Shown here: piece by piece, positions 50,220 to 64,000 of the stretch
How positions within the stretch are numbered: position 1 is the stretch's first letter
How the letters are laid out: every line of letters starts with the position of its first letter
DNA from: Tubiluchus corallicola
Taxonomy: Eukaryota; Animalia; Priapulida
Direction of reading: 5' to 3'
Assembly (NCBI GenBank): GCA_030141605.1
Contig: JAQGDQ010000870.1
Span: forward strand, 1 to 64,000
Length of the DNA: 64,000 nt
Translations under genes and position numbers: made by a program
Notes under the pieces: generated by a model
Databases searched by the model: none
What the model was told of the DNA's origin: nothing
What the model saw: only the letters and a program-made list of their open reading frames with translations

Positions 50220-51716
50220 GTTTACCTGGCTGGAATGACTTCGTTGCTCATAGTCATAAATATTCTCGCCAGTGTTTCCTTCTATGGCCTTTGAATGGTA
50301 AGACACGTAATGATTACTTAGATGACGAAATGCGCCGTTCTCGTGCACTGTTTAAACGCGCATTGCGTGAGTGCAAACTTATTGAGAAACCTACTGAGTA
50401 TTATTGCTGATAAGCTGGCTTATAAACTTATGCATTGTAACCCTTACGAGTTTTGGACATCTATAAAAAAAGAAACCAATTCATAACTTCTTCTTTCTTC
50501 ACACGTTGGTGAGGTAAATTCAGTTGACAATATAGCTCTTAACGCGCGCAAAAAACATGTTCTGAGCCATAGCAGAACGCCTATTAATGCATTTAGTTTT
50601 TGAAGTACGAGAGGCAATTGTTAAGCTTTCCTTACATAAATCAGCTGGCTCAGATGGACTTTTCCGTAATGCATCCCATTTGCTGCCAATCATGTTCACG
50701 TCCTTCATGTAACACACGGTTACTTGCCGCGTTCATTAATGTTATCTGTACTAGTACCCCTCGATAAAGATAAAAATGGGGATATTACAGACAAAAACAA
50801 CTATAGGCCTATCGCTCTTTCATCTGTAGGAAGCAAAGTTATAGAAATACTGCTTCTAAATCGTTACAGGTCTTGTTTGAGTACCATGCAAAACCAGTTT
50901 GGTTGTTTTTGAAAATTTAGGCACAGAGATGTGCAGCCAAACTTTAAAAGAGGTGCTTGACTATTACATTAGTTGACAAAGCACTGTACACATTCTGTTT
51001 ATTGACACATCAGCAGAGTAAACTATCTCAAACTTTTTCCAACCCTTATCAGTACTAACCTACCAAATGCAGTAATTAGATTTTTGCTTTTTTATTACAA
51101 GGAATTATGTTGGTTAGATGGGGCAAATTTAACTCTGACAGTTTTACGTTTTACAGTAGGTAACGGAATTCGTTAATGTGGAAAAATGTCTCCACTGTTA
51201 TTCAACTCCTATTTTAAAAATCTTAATGCTGAACTTACACGTGTGGGTTGTCATATTACTGAAACCTGCATTAATCACTTCATATACGCTGATGACATAT
51301 GTTTTTTAGCAACAATCAGAACAGTTTTACAGAGGCTGCTAGGCATTTTTAATAAATTTGGTAACGAATATGATATTCTTCTAAATATGAATAACACTAA
51401 GCTTGTCACATTTCGCTCTGCCCATATACAGCAGGTTACTTTTGGGTCTGTTGTTTTGCAGCGTCAACATTTTGTACCTAGTAAAAAAGAAAAATATCTG
51501 GGTCATATTTTATCGAAAGACAATAGAGAAGATTTAGATTTATTATGACAATGCTCAATTTACTATGGCGGAGTCAGTAAATTACTCATGTAATTTACTC
51601 ATTAATAATGTGAAGAGACAATTGTTTAATGCTTACTGCACTACTTTTTATTGTATGTCCACTTGGAGACATTTTTACTCTTACAATCTTAGGAAACTCA
51701 AGGTTGCGTATAATGT
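50220..51716 (+). mobile_element. 5'-truncated, frameshifted non-LTR retrotransposon (LINE, CR1/L2-like) reverse transcriptase
   Basis: Fragments LPGWNDFVAHSHKYSRQCFLLW, KSAGSDG, NYRPIAL, NQFG, SPLLFN, HFIYADDI, EKYLGH and KLKVAYN occur across several frames with stops; followed by a (GTCA/GTCT)n tail. Confidence 0.88.
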
Positions 51717-53807
51717 CTGTCAGTCAGTCAGCCAGTCAATCTGTCTCAGTCTGTCTGTCTGACTGACTGACAGTCTGTCTGTCTGTCTGTCAATTAGTCA
51801 GTCAATCAGCTAGTCAGTCTGTCAGTTAGACAGATATTCGTATTTTTAGAAATAATTCTCCTAAATTTAAACGACAAAATTATAAAAATATCACCAGGCA
51901 ACTCCGTTTATTTTGTCGCTGGGTCAAGAACTATATTGTATTAAAAGTGTAGGGTAATCGCGACAGCAGTGCAACCTGGGTGTTCAATAAAGGAAGTCGA
52001 CATTTGCTCCTTTAATTTGTGCTGGAGACCATAACTGGCTTCGCTGTATTAAAAAGCTTATCGATTATTTTTCTACTCCTGGACTCGCTACCTATAACAA
52101 TTGTTATTTAATGTAGAGAGTTGTAGTTGTGGTGGCAATGGCGTCAAATCATTAAAATGGACAATCCTCAAGCAGGAAATAGTGAAAAAAACGAAGTCTA
52201 TCTATACCCAGTTTACGTGGCTGTTCAAAACACTGATATTCAACATAATATGCATTGTGTTATGTCCATATCGTCAGTTACCACTGATATATTTAGCGAA
52301 ATTCTTTTAATTTCTACAACAGTGTCAAAATAATTCACATTTGTTCAACTTTCGTCAACGACACCTAACTACGTAAACTGCCTTCATTTTTTATTGAAAT
52401 TGTAATGAGCTTTGTAAACCTTGCGTGGGACTAATAAATTATGAAGTAGTCTGTAAAAATGATCTTTGTACAAAAATAGCTTTTATAGACAGAAAATAAG
52501 AACAAACGAGGTAATAAATCATTCGGAAAGAAAGGACAGCATGCATAAGAATCTCCAAGTCAAGAAACACACAGCAATGGTTAGCGGCAATGAATTTAAT
52601 ATATATAGACATGCATAACATGCTGGTAAAAACGGAAATGTCTTGCAATTGAATTGAATACAAGCAAAAGTAAAAGGAAGGCGACAAACTCAAAAGACAG
52701 TTTAAGAACGATTTAAACTTATTCCACCAGTTTTTTCCATTGTTATTATTAAGTGCAAATACGTTGGTGTGCAGTCGTAATATTCTTCAAGCAGTCAGAA
52801 AATGGATTTTTGCAAATTGTCTATAAGCGTCATGCAGGAAAGAGAAGTAGAATAATGTGTAAGATGAAGCCCTGTCAAGCCTAACTGATGGGATATGAGC
52901 CGCACTGAAGATTGTGAAACGCGTGTGGTTGACAGTTTTTCACGCGTTATAGCAAATATTTATTAAATTTTGATGCGTGCTATATAAACACATTAATACT
53001 ACTGTCTGTAAGAGCGTATTTTGATGTTTTCAGCTCTTGATTTAGTTAGTCTTTATGCACGAGCATCAGGAGTTGCTACAAAATAATCGTGAAATGTACC
53101 AATACAGTGAAAAGGTACGGCCTGGGTGAACGAAAATAAATACGTAAACAGAGAAAATGGGTGAGCGTAGGCATGACGGGTAGGTCCGTAAACCAGTAAG
53201 TACATAAGGATCGAGACACCAATCTGAAACTGACAAAATAAGCAGACGTCACTACGAGTGTTGTGATAATTCGGCTTCGTTCCCAGATTTATGTCAGTGA
53301 GATATTTTAAGACAACAATCTATTTCTAAGCAAATCAGCAGAGTAGAAAAACTATACCAATGTAATTGTGCTCCTTTTTATTGCGTACTATGGGATGTGT
53401 AACATATAATAAATGTATAATTATAATAGCTACTTTTTGTGTTTGCTGATTTTAATTATGACGCAAATTCCTTATTGCCACTTTCTCCAAATTGGTTCTG
53501 GTTATAGTCACAATAATATTTTATCACAAAAAGGAAACATGAAGGAATTTAGCATGATGTGTTGACAGCTTGCGCCATCTATTGTCGACGCACTTCACAA
53601 ATACAGATTCATCGTATCTGTTGTTAACTGCATATCCACAAATGTTTTCAAAAACACAAAAATAGTTGATAAACGTTGTATCACTGAAATTAATAGCGAA
53701 ATCGATAACAAATTACTGCTGCTGAGTTTTAATTGTGGTTGTAGGCCGTAAGAGTTACCATTTATTGCTAAGCTATTTACTGCTTGCTTCCAAAAGCAAA
53801 CCCATTT

Positions 53808-53808
53808 C

Positions 53809-53875
<67 letters not shown>

Positions 53876-53876
53876 G

Positions 53877-53915
<39 letters not shown>

Positions 53916-53922
53916 GCTCTTT
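53808..53922. repeat. (CT)n microsatellite
   Basis: Directly visible. Confidence 0.95.
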
Positions 53923-55870
53923 CTGATACTTTTTTCCGTGGGCATCTCAAAACCCGATTCGATCAAGCTTTACCATCGTATCTGTTACTTCAGTAGAGAT
54001 TTTAGTAAATAACATCATGGCGACACCAGTGATATAACGTGCTAGTAATAAAATACCACTAACAATTTTTTTTTGAATGAAGCCTTCGATTGCAATTGTA
54101 TGTCAGCAGCTATCCTCCTCGAGGTTTTATTTTCTTTCTTCAGAGGTTCTTTAAAATATAGTCTTAGCGAACTAATGTCTGGAAGTCTTACGGTATCGTC
54201 CTATATGTTTATCTCGGTATTGTTTTGATCTTGTTTGTTCATTCCTCTGTTGGGAGTCACCCCTATGACTTTATTACATGGATATTGATTTGATATGTAG
54301 TCCTTAGTTCTAGGCTGTTCCCGAAATGAATCTATTTCGGATTATTGATGAGCTTTGTTAGTCAAGAATTCTGAGCTGCAGACTTGCAACGAGTCAGTTT
54401 CCACCTATACAGTAAAAATTCTTAATTTTGCTTTTAAATTGATCCTGTCATTTAAGTAAATTTGAAAACTAAGTTTTTTCTTCTCTATAGATTTTCTAAT
54501 GTCGCTAGAAGGCTGCTTGGATCCGAAGTATTTCCTCAAACTTTTTCGCCGTATTTATACCATAATAATATTATGGCTATGCGTCCTATTACTTGCAACT
54601 CTCATGTATTGGAGATTTGCCATTGCATCAGAACATGTATGCCTACGATTTCGAAAAATTGTGTGTTAATTTGGGACAGTGACTTTGCGAGTTTTACACA
54701 GAGAACAAGCAATATACAAAATCTTTAGCAAAATGCACCAAAGTGGCCAGAAGCGTGATTCGTCAGCGAGAAACTTACGCGAAGAAAAGATTAAGTTGAA
54801 AAGCTTCTTTGAATGGACAAAAAATTGTCATTCAAGTGTGAATAAAAAACTGATTCGCCGATCTGATAAATTATTAAGTAGCGTGTCCGGTTGTTGATGT
54901 ACCCAGGTACTCAGCATTTAAGAAAATAACAAGTTTTCTACATACTTGTACATAACCTTTTATATTTACCGATACATACAGTGTCTTCCTGATGGATTCT
55001 TTGTTAACTCGTTAACCTCTATAAAACTACTGTCCACTCATAGTCTCTCATTTTCCTGCAAAGTTTTGTAAAGGTTTGATTCTCAGTTTTGGAACCATTC
55101 AAGTTATTTACCATACTTTGAATCAGGCGTAGTCGAAAGTAGCCCGCTTTACCAAATTTGCTTAATTTGACCTAGTACTACAAATTAGTATAAGTTTGGT
55201 CTCCCGCAGCGTGCTTTACAGTTTTCGAGTTACTGTGTTTGATCATGATGGTCATGAAAGAAATATTTGACTTTGAGCATTTTGACTTTGATCTTGGGCA
55301 ACCTAAAAAGTAGAGCACCAATCGAATTTGTTTCAATGATATAATAACGCAAACTGAGTAGATTTGTCTTCTCAGTCCTCGTAAGTTGTTGAGTTACTCA
55401 GATGGATTACCTGGTCCTGGTAATAATAATAATGAAGAAAATAAATGCCAAACCGTTGAATATAAGCTATTTTTAAACAGAATGTAGCCAAGCTATTTTC
55501 CAAAAGCAGCTTTATATTATACAATAGTTATAATAATATATAGACCTATAAAAAAAATCAGGCTTTTGAAAATGCCTAAAGGCCATTAATTTCTTTTAAG
55601 TTTGTGCTCAAAGTCTGCAAAATAAATTAAACCAACAACAACATGTGATCGTTTTAAAAATTAATGATTATTTTGAGAGAAGTTCTATATAATAATTATT
55701 GCCTGTAAAAATAAAATGTGGACTCTCATAATCATGACAACTGTATATCCAGTTTTCAGTTAATCATGTTTCGCAAAAGAGGAAATGAAAATAATTTACA
55801 CGACATGCTCTGTTATCACAGTAAAGTCAGTATTTACAACATTTAATCTATTAAGGATTTGCGCACTTGG

Positions 55871-58800
55871 TCATTTCGTGTATTTTGGGACGTATTTAGT
55901 CTCTGTTGGAGGTACTGTTACTGTGTAAGCGGTTTTAGCTCCGTTGGCGCCCTCTTGTAAAGCGGAATCGTGTTTCTGCTCTCGGAGCACGTGATCACCC
56001 TTGCCGCGGTCGTAACCGTAGCCGGCTCCGCCAAATACCGCACCACCTTCGCCGAACGGGTGTCCGTAATTACCGACCTTCCTGCCGCCTAGCTGGGCGG
56101 GAACTGGATTAAAGAAAATATGACCGTATTGGTAGCCGTATCTGAAACCTCTAGAAATGTCGTATCCGGCTTTCTCTACCCTATACGCGGATGCGTTTCT
56201 AGCTATTGTGTAGTTTTTAAACTTTCCACGCTCGTGCTGCTCTGCACTACTTTTTGTCTCATATTCTTCGCCTGATCCTTTTCCTCCTTTTTCGAAATTA
56301 TCACTCTGAATGATTTTGAGAGGCTTCGGTTTATAACTCGGATCATCGGCAGGACCAGCATGTGTTACTCCGTAATCTGGAATGGCGACCCTTTTTTGTG
56401 ATACTTGGACAGAAACTCCGTCATTCGGATCGTGGTAGATCTCCTGAGGTGCTGGGTCGGCTGGAACAGGTTGTTGCTCCGGCACATCTCGGCTGATGAA
56501 CGATGGTGGTGCTCCAATTGAGTAACCAAACGGGGTATTGTAGACCTTCATACTGGATAATGTGCCTGGGTCACCCAGGAATACCTGTTGTTGAACAGCT
56601 TGTTTAGCTGGTTGCAGAGAATCTTGAGTCACTTGAAAAGCTTGTTCTTCTTGAAGTACAGCTTGCTGAACTGGTTGGAAAACCCTTTCCTGCTGTAAAG
56701 TTGGATCTGCTGCTTGAAGAGTCTTTAGCTGCGGGTCCTGGAAAGCCTGCTTCATGATTTGGTATCCTCGGACTGGTTGCAGAAGGTCTACTTGGGCAAC
56801 TACCGGAACTCGTGCACGTGTGATTTTTGTCCCGGAGCTGAAAACTGGTGACGAGAAACTAGGTTGGCTACTCAGAACTGGAAGCCTGTCGACTATGTTG
56901 GTGCTGGCTTGGCCTTCATCGCCAAAATTCACATTTGTATAATCATTGGTTATGGTGACCGCATAACCATCGTCGCGAGGTAGTGAAGGTGCAGAGTTTG
57001 GCTGCTCTCTTGCAATGGCACTGGTCATCACTGTCAACCATGATGGGTAGCTGTGTTGCGCCGCCGGATAATTTGGATATGGCTGCACCACAGAGTAACT
57101 TGGTATTGCTGCTGCTGTTTGAATATTTCCTGTATCAAGCACTCCTGGTCTGGCGTATGTGGGTGGGTTGACTGGTGTAGCAGATCGTGGCACAAAATCA
57201 CTAATGGCTGATCCTTGACTAAGTGTCACCTATAACAATTAAATAGAATTACTATTAGATAGAGATTGTATTTTGCATACAAAAATGTACCATTATATAA
57301 TGTGAATCCATCATTATGACCTATGAACTAGACTTTTATCTCAGCAGATCTGGTGAAAAAATCTATTACGTATTAGCATCCCTTTCAGAATCAGAGTTTT
57401 TGTTAAAGTCATACAGTCAGTTGCACGACGTCTCCATCCGATGTTGGCGTGTCACCTTTAATGCAGAAATGTCAAAGTCAAAACTCACAGTCAATATAGT
57501 CAACTCTCGTTCATGCTACCCAAGAAATCTCTAGTGGACATACGTCAGAAGCACTTGCGCAAGTGACGCTAATGTTTTAGGATAAGCTGATGTACAGGGT
57601 GTTACATAAACTTTTTGCTAGTAGGCGTACAGTAACTACGAGTAATATTTACATCATTATAAAGTTTTGCTGAATCAATAGAGAATCTATCAAGACCTCA
57701 GTATTTAGCGTAGAAGACCGCTGCGTCTCGCGCTATCTGCAATACGTACATTGACAGGTATCGAAAGGACATCTACAAGATGTATTGGACGATCTTGTGC
57801 TTCGAGTTTCCGATCACATCTCACAAGACTGCAGGCTGTGCGAGCTGCGTGACACCTTTACATCAAAAAATTTTGAGGACGCGATAGATTCTCTATTAAT
57901 TCAACTCAGTTTGATATTATAAATTGTTCTGTGCTATCAGAGTATAACACGTAACCTAGCAAAAGTTATGTTATACTCTATATAATCTAAAGTTTAGGAT
58001 ATACGCGTGGAACGGGAGCAGGCATCATCAGGAAAATTCAGTCAACTTATTTATTGCAGTAATCTATACTACAAAAGTGCAAAGTGTTCACATAGTCTTC
58101 TTGCACAAGTAGGTTTTATGACAAGTAGGCTATATCAATTCTACACCCACAAACTATATTAAATTATTACGTATCCAACGCTATTTCGGCATTTCTGCAA
58201 TAATAAACTTGATTTAAAGTCAGATTTAAATCCAGCAAACAAGACAAAGCAAAGCCGACTGTAATTAACAAACTATACTTATATAATGGATATTGTTATT
58301 ATTATTACTGTGCTTTACCTTAAATACCACGCGCCAGGTAGGGCAGAGAGCAGGTACCATTTTTTAAATTATTGGTACGACCCGCCTGTGGTATCGAACT
58401 TCACGATCTCCCAGACGGAAAACAGACGCGTAATTTATTACACTATAACGTCTGGTTGGAGAAGTGTGAATATTGTGATTAAATCCTGTAACTTTCGACA
58501 ATTTCATTAAAATCGATTTTGGCATGACCACTACAGTTATTATTCAACATGCCAAATCATTTAGGTTTAGGTCTTCAATCAACACAACTGCAAATTAAAC
58601 AGAAGCTTTAGAAAGTTAAGTGAAATATAAAATTTCTTTAATTTAGGTAACTAATTGAATCGATAACTGTTTTTTTTTGTTCTAGCTCTACATTTTAGCC
58701 ACTCATACATTCAACTTAATATGTTCGGTGACAAAATACTCAAAAATGTTATACATGACACACAATGAGTTCGCCACCTCATTAAACATTTGACAGAAAA

Positions 58801-61711
58801 CTGAGCGTCTGTTGTGCGGCCCAGGTAATACAAGTCAACCGTTAATGCTTTGGTCGTGCAGAGAACACATGTATATATTAATGAGATACAAATGTTAATT
58901 ACAGGTGTTTTGGTGATGGTTCAAATCCACAGTTCATTAAATTTTGGTATTAAAGTTGAAAGACAGGAAATGTGAAAATGTGGTATACAGCCTTAATTCG
59001 AGCTATAGGGGCCTTCTGCTTACAAGGCGTGCCATAGACCAATAGGCCACAATATCACCACGTTATAATTTATGTCCAACCGAATTCAGCATTTCCAGTG
59101 TTAGATCGCTCAAGCTAAATTGATTCTAACTAATAGTTATTATTTTTGAATCATTTTGAACCAAAAGATTTTAGTAGGAAATTAATTATTATAATCTTAA
59201 TATCAAGATCACAATTAATGATGGTACAAAACCAAAATTAACTAAATTTTGGTAGAAAAGTCAACTGAAAGACAACGAATGTGAAAAATTTTTAATACCT
59301 CCTCTTCGATTTGAACCAGGGACTTTTTGTTTAAAAAGCAGATGCCTTCGACAGCTAGGCCACCGTATTCTAGTGATCAAGGCAGCACAAAGTTCATCTC
59401 TTATAGCTGACCAACTATTGTTGTGAACAATCTAACAATCTAACATTGGAAATGTCGAATTCAGTTGCCGAATCTATAAGGGATGAAATTTGGATGAGCT
59501 GTTTTGAGATGGTTGTTCACTGGTGGAAACTGCGTTTACTCAGTACCTTTGAAACAGGGTTGCTCCGGTTAGTAACGTTTTCAACTCGGGTTCGAAGCTG
59601 GGTACTAAACCCAAATCGCTAGTCTTCTGGACGTTGTTGTGGTTGTCCTCGTTGTCATTGTCGCTGTTGTTGTTTGGGATAATCTGTTGAAAAAAGCCTA
59701 AGGCTCCGTGAACTCGCAATAGATTGTCATGAAACTTTACAGGACTATACAAGAACGAATTCTGCATCGATCGGCAAAGCCAGATTTTCGATCAGTCATT
59801 TTGAATTCAAAGCTAAAAGACATCATGGACATCAAAACAATTACATCAAGTTTAGTGACCTTGGCATTAAGATTTTCTCCGGGAGTTTTCTAACGACATG
59901 GAAAAACCGCACAGTGATCCTGTAGTCCTTTCTTTCATCTTCCTAATCATATGAAGCAGCACAAACTTGCCCGTTAAGTGACACTGACATTAATAAGTTG
60001 TCACAAGCATTATCACAGCATTTTGATCTTGACTTTTTTGTCAAAAACACTACCGCACCGGAGCGCAAAGTAACTCAACTAAGTCCGATCACTCCGGTGA
60101 CGGAGATTATTTTAAAAATTTTGAAATGGACACCGGCATTTTTTCTCTGGCTTTTTTCTCTTCATCATCCCAAACACCGCTACACTTTGAATTTCAGCTT
60201 TGGCTTTTCATTTTCTCATCATCCCAAACACTGTGAGTGTAATCTCTTCATCGTCAGACAGATATGACAACAGGGAGAACAAAACAAAATGAATTTTAAT
60301 GCGGGCAGGCGAGTCACAAACGTATCGCAAATAAACCTCGTTACTGTATTCCCAGAGTTTGGAAATGAAAATTGAAATACTGATCCATCTGTTGACCGTT
60401 TCTCGAATATTTCCTAAGGATAGTAATACTTACGATAGTGAAATAAGCAGGGTAAATAGACTCATTTCTCCAACTCATTAAGTCAAATGTTTTCGTCTTT
60501 TCTTAGCGCAGTGTTACATAATTTCTAAAGACAACTCGAGGAATAAAGAGACCAAAAATAATTATATTTGCTCTTGAACAAGATGACTCATCCTTTAGTA
60601 TTCCACATTTTACGCAGTGTTACAAAGACAGGTGAGAAATGGTCTCGTACCCGTCCTCACAACATCCTAGGCATCAACTCCCTACAGTCCAAAGTCTTAG
60701 ACCAATAGGTCAGCAAAGAAAGTGACAGGCTAAGAATTTAACCTTTTCGCATCATCATTCGTAATTAAAACGCTGTTAAACGGTCGTTTGGTCTTGCATA
60801 AAAGCCAGGAGAAAGTAAACCGATTGACCCAAATAAATAATACGTTTCATTCCTTAACCACACATTTCATTCATGCACAATGTTGAACAACAACTGCGTG
60901 AACATTTCAACCCATATTGAAAGTTTGTACAGTAAGTGTGATTCCAGATACATTTGCCTTAGGCCAGTAACTGTTGTACTGCAATTTCACCTGTAGTAAA
61001 ATTCGTCTGCTATATATACAATGTATTTCGCGTTAATAATGGACCTGCTGATCTACTTACAAATCTTTATACTAAGTACTGATTTCACTTTATGTAGGAA
61101 TCGTAATTGAGGTGCTACCTGAATTGTGATATATATAAAGCCAGAAAGTTCAAATTCCTATAGATGAGTAAGATTGGTCAATTCACAGTAACTAAGTAAT
61201 ACTATTATTAATAAGCAACTTAAATTTCTATTTTAATGCCCCTTGAAATGAAAAAAGGCTTTATTAACACTAATTTTTTGTATTATATTACCTGAAGAAA
61301 GATTTAGTTTCACTAACAAGTAAAACTAACTGCAGCCAAATAAAAATATCAACTAATAAATAATCTGTAAACCAATGATTATTTATCCATTTCACAAACT
61401 TACGTTAAACAAGTATATTAAATAATCCTGTAGTAGTACGAAAAACTGATGTTGTCATTTAACAACTAAAATTATAAATGCATTTTTATAATGTGAGTTT
61501 GAATAAACAAATTTAACCTTTTCAAGGTCTTAAATTCTTCGATCTGGAACTTCTTAAGGAAACTTATTTGAAAGGATGTGTTTCAAGGAAACAAAGGAAA
61601 TGTTTTGTAACGATTTTCTGAATCAAATTTGTATCTAGATTTTTAAGACTACATTTTATTTTTGACACTTACCAAAGACAAAAGGAAAAACGCACCCCCC
61701 GCTTCCAACAT
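55871..61711 (-). CDS. SP6: secreted Pro/Gln/Val-rich protein with Gly/Tyr-containing C-terminal module, about 465 aa, 2 coding exons
   Basis: Exon 61711-61673 (MLEAGGAFFLLSL|GTAAGT, acceptor at 61726 upstream) joins in phase 0 to 57229-55871 (ttatag|VTLSQGSAIS...), giving the signal peptide MLEAGGAFFLLSLVTLSQG. The second exon is a 452-codon open frame. The first-exon assignment spans a 4.4-kb intron and is less certain. Confidence 0.8.
57595..57980. mobile_element. Tc1/mariner-type MITE in SP6 intron
   Basis: TA|CAGGGTGTTACATAAACTTTTTGCTAG...CTAGCAAAAGTTATGTTATACTCTA|TA imperfect TIRs with TA flanks, plus a second internal inverted pair (gaatcaatagagaatctatc...ctca / tgagg...gatagattctctattaattc). 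Confidence 0.7.
58318..58455 (-). mobile_element. tRNA-derived SINE fragment, Meta-domain-like
   Basis: Minus strand: tRNA-like head with B-box GTTCGATACC, then GGGTCGTACCAATAATTTAAAAAATGGTACCTGC...CCTGGCGC, which resembles the conserved MetaSINE central domain as I recall it (not aligned). Confidence 0.55.
59080..59420 (-). repeat. interspersed repeat copy containing a tRNA-like segment (about 59300-59365)
   Basis: Minus strand GGTGGCCTAGCTGTCGAAGGCATCTGCT...GTCCCTGGTTCAAATC has A-box/B-box-like motifs; homologous to 21490-21835. Confidence 0.6.
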
Positions 61712-63414
61712 TCTTCAATCTTTAGCTAAAAATGACAAAAAATTAGACAGCGATCACACCACTAAAACAACACAAGCATCCGAAACAATAGAAGTCCTAA
61801 TAATAACGATAATGCACTGATAAATGTTCGCGCATTAACCTTAGATTATAATGGCATCTTGTATTTTTCTGTTGTTCGAAGTTTCAACTCAGGAAGGTTC
61901 CTATCCACATTTCAGCAACGCGTTACAGTGTTAAATTGTTTCATTTTCATTTTGTTGAAAAAAAAAATCAGGTAAGCTTACCATGCATAACATTCAAACG
62001 ATGAAAACTATTGTGCACTGCACGTTCACAGCAAGAGAACTGTGGTGAAATCGAGGCGTGACAGCGTGACATACATTTCAGAAAATCATGCTTAGCCCGC
62101 CTTGAGTCAGCCGCCATAATACCAACAAACCTCCATAATTACGAAAAATGCCCGCGACAAATAGACAATGGTCGTTAATTAGCGTCACCTACTGCTGATA
62201 AGAAAATAATGGTTGTTGTTGAGGATGAGCTTACAAGTTTGAAAAAGAAAGACAATGTCAAAGACAAGCAAACTAAACCGAAACTATGAAGTTATGAGTT
62301 TGAAATCGCAAAAACTTTTGAGAGGAACGCCAATAAAATTGATTAATGTTTGTTCTATATTCTTTTCGGCTGGGAATTTTTATTGTCTGTCTGTGATTCA
62401 AGGCCATGTAAGAAGAACAAACAAGCATAGTTTTACCTTACCTCTTTTTGATGGCAATTTCCATTGTCTTTGCCGCTAATTTTTGCTCTGCAATTTATTT
62501 GAAATAAAAGAGCAAGATTCTAGAAATACGAGGTGTAGTTAGAGTATGTTAAAGATGCTCCATAACTTCTCATAGTTGAATAATAAATTATTATTATTCG
62601 TGCGTGCGTGCGTGTGCGTGTGTGTGTATAGGGGATACGTGCGTGGGTGGTGCTTATTTGCTTGTTTTTCAAGTTGCAAACAGTCATGTTTTTATAGACT
62701 ACTGTGTAGTTTTTACAAACCTGACTGAAATGGGCATTCATAATGTCAGTCTCCTTGATTGCACTCATAATTTCTGTGTGACTTGTTTTCCTAAGGCTTG
62801 AGGGTGTCCTAGTGAAAGTTTATTCATATAAGGGCACGAACGTTGCTGTCGAATAATTTGAATACTGCATGGATAATAAATCATTAATGCTAAGCAGATG
62901 TCGGTTTACGATAATTGAGTAAGCATTTTACGTTGTACTTGTGTAATAAATTAATGTTATAATAATTTTGCGTGTTTGAAAGCAATTGCCCTGCGCCCCC
63001 ACTAAGCTTTAAAATTAATTTGAACTGTGTATGATTTAAACAAATTTGAAAATGTCACACTTTGACAGCCACTCGAATGGGTTTCTGTGTGTTAATCAGT
63101 GTGTCGCCGTAAGTATAATACCGCGCAGCCACCAAAACACGGGTGTTTTTACATGGATTCACGATCACTAATCGATTGCTAATCTAAAAGTACCGCGATT
63201 TTATAATTCAGCAAAGAAACCATAGTGTTAAACTCAACCGATGCAATACCTTCGACAAAAACGAGACTTAAACAAGTATAAAAACAAAAAATCTATCGCC
63301 GATCACTAGTCAGTGGTTTGTTACTAAACTTTTGGAAGGGGAATGGTTCGTACGAAGGGTAGAGCTGGATGGCTCTAGTCGCTATCGTCTCGACAGAGTG
63401 AGGATATTAAGATG

Positions 63415-63590
63415 CTTGGCCGCCTGTCTTATACCTCGACCAAGTACTAAGGCTGGGTAGGCTTAGCAAGGGCAACCAGAAAGTCCTGTTCCAGAAGTAA
63501 ATTGCTGGAAAAAACCAACATGAATGAGATTCGAACCCAGAACTTTTGGATTGGCGGTGAAGTGGCGTAAACTCGGTTGCGAACCTGGCT
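63415..63590 (-). mobile_element. tRNA-derived SINE-like fragment
   Basis: Minus strand B-box GGGTTCGAATCTC preceded by a degenerate tRNA-like sequence; GC-richer than flanks. Confidence 0.45.
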
Positions 63591-64000
63591 TGTTATTAGT
63601 TTCCGGGTTAAAAATAACTGATAATCTGAACACAGAAAAAACCAGTCTAGACATATAATGAAAGAAAATTTCACTCTCCTACTAATTATTCAAGCTGTGA
63701 CCTCACATCGAGATGATTTGCCGGAATCTTGGTAGCAAACTATCCATCATCCTGCTTTGCTCGTCCAGTTTGCCAAAAATCATGTTCATGCTGAGAAGGT
63801 TTACTCAGATAATTTACTCACGATTCATTTACGTTAACATAACATCTCCAAGCGGTTTATTTAGACCACCTGCACACTGAAACTGTTTATTCGGGCGTCC
63901 CTTTATATTCAGCATAATAACTGATCGATTAAAATGATCAATTATAATTATTCCATTTGAAAGGGATTTTTATTTAAAACATTTCAGTATATTCAAGACA

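Noticed and set aside
54000-55200. Possible decayed coding or transposon sequence
   Set aside because: No recognisable protein motif could be read in any frame by eye.
59300-59365. Functional tRNA gene
   Set aside because: Degenerate stems, embedded in a multi-copy interspersed repeat; treated as a tRNA-derived repeat.

Overview
AT-rich, intron-containing animal (invertebrate-like) genomic DNA, not prokaryotic. By manually splicing the sequence I find six orphan secreted, low-complexity, cysteine-free structural-type protein genes: SP1 770-2004 +, SP2 5117-5852 +, SP3 9266-10576 +, SP4 11980-13972 -, SP5 46871-48187 -, SP6 55871-61711 -. Between them lies a head-to-head enzyme pair: a secreted cholinesterase-like carboxylesterase (23196-28527 -, 4 coding exons, about 599 aa) and an aminopeptidase N-like M1 peptidase (33710-45752 +, 19 coding exons, about 965 aa). 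Main observations: (i) SP1 and SP3 share a gapless 82-residue non-repetitive domain, and SP5 and SP6 carry a weaker version of it, so the different Gly/Tyr-, Tyr/Asp- and Gln/Pro-rich proteins look like one family with a common module; (ii) SP4 carries five copies of an LN[WY]L-x5-SxKHxGY motif separated by Pro/Glu linkers; (iii) four genes share a phase-0 intron inside the signal peptide, one of them GC-AG; (iv) the aminopeptidase lacks the catalytic Tyr, and the esterase has GGSAG plus an unusual Cys-rich tail. Together these suggest a co-located secreted biomaterial locus (tube, cocoon, cuticle, egg capsule or adhesive), but that function is inference. The rest of the window is microsatellites, LINE remnants, SINE-like repeats and MITEs. 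No database searches were run; all gene models are manual.
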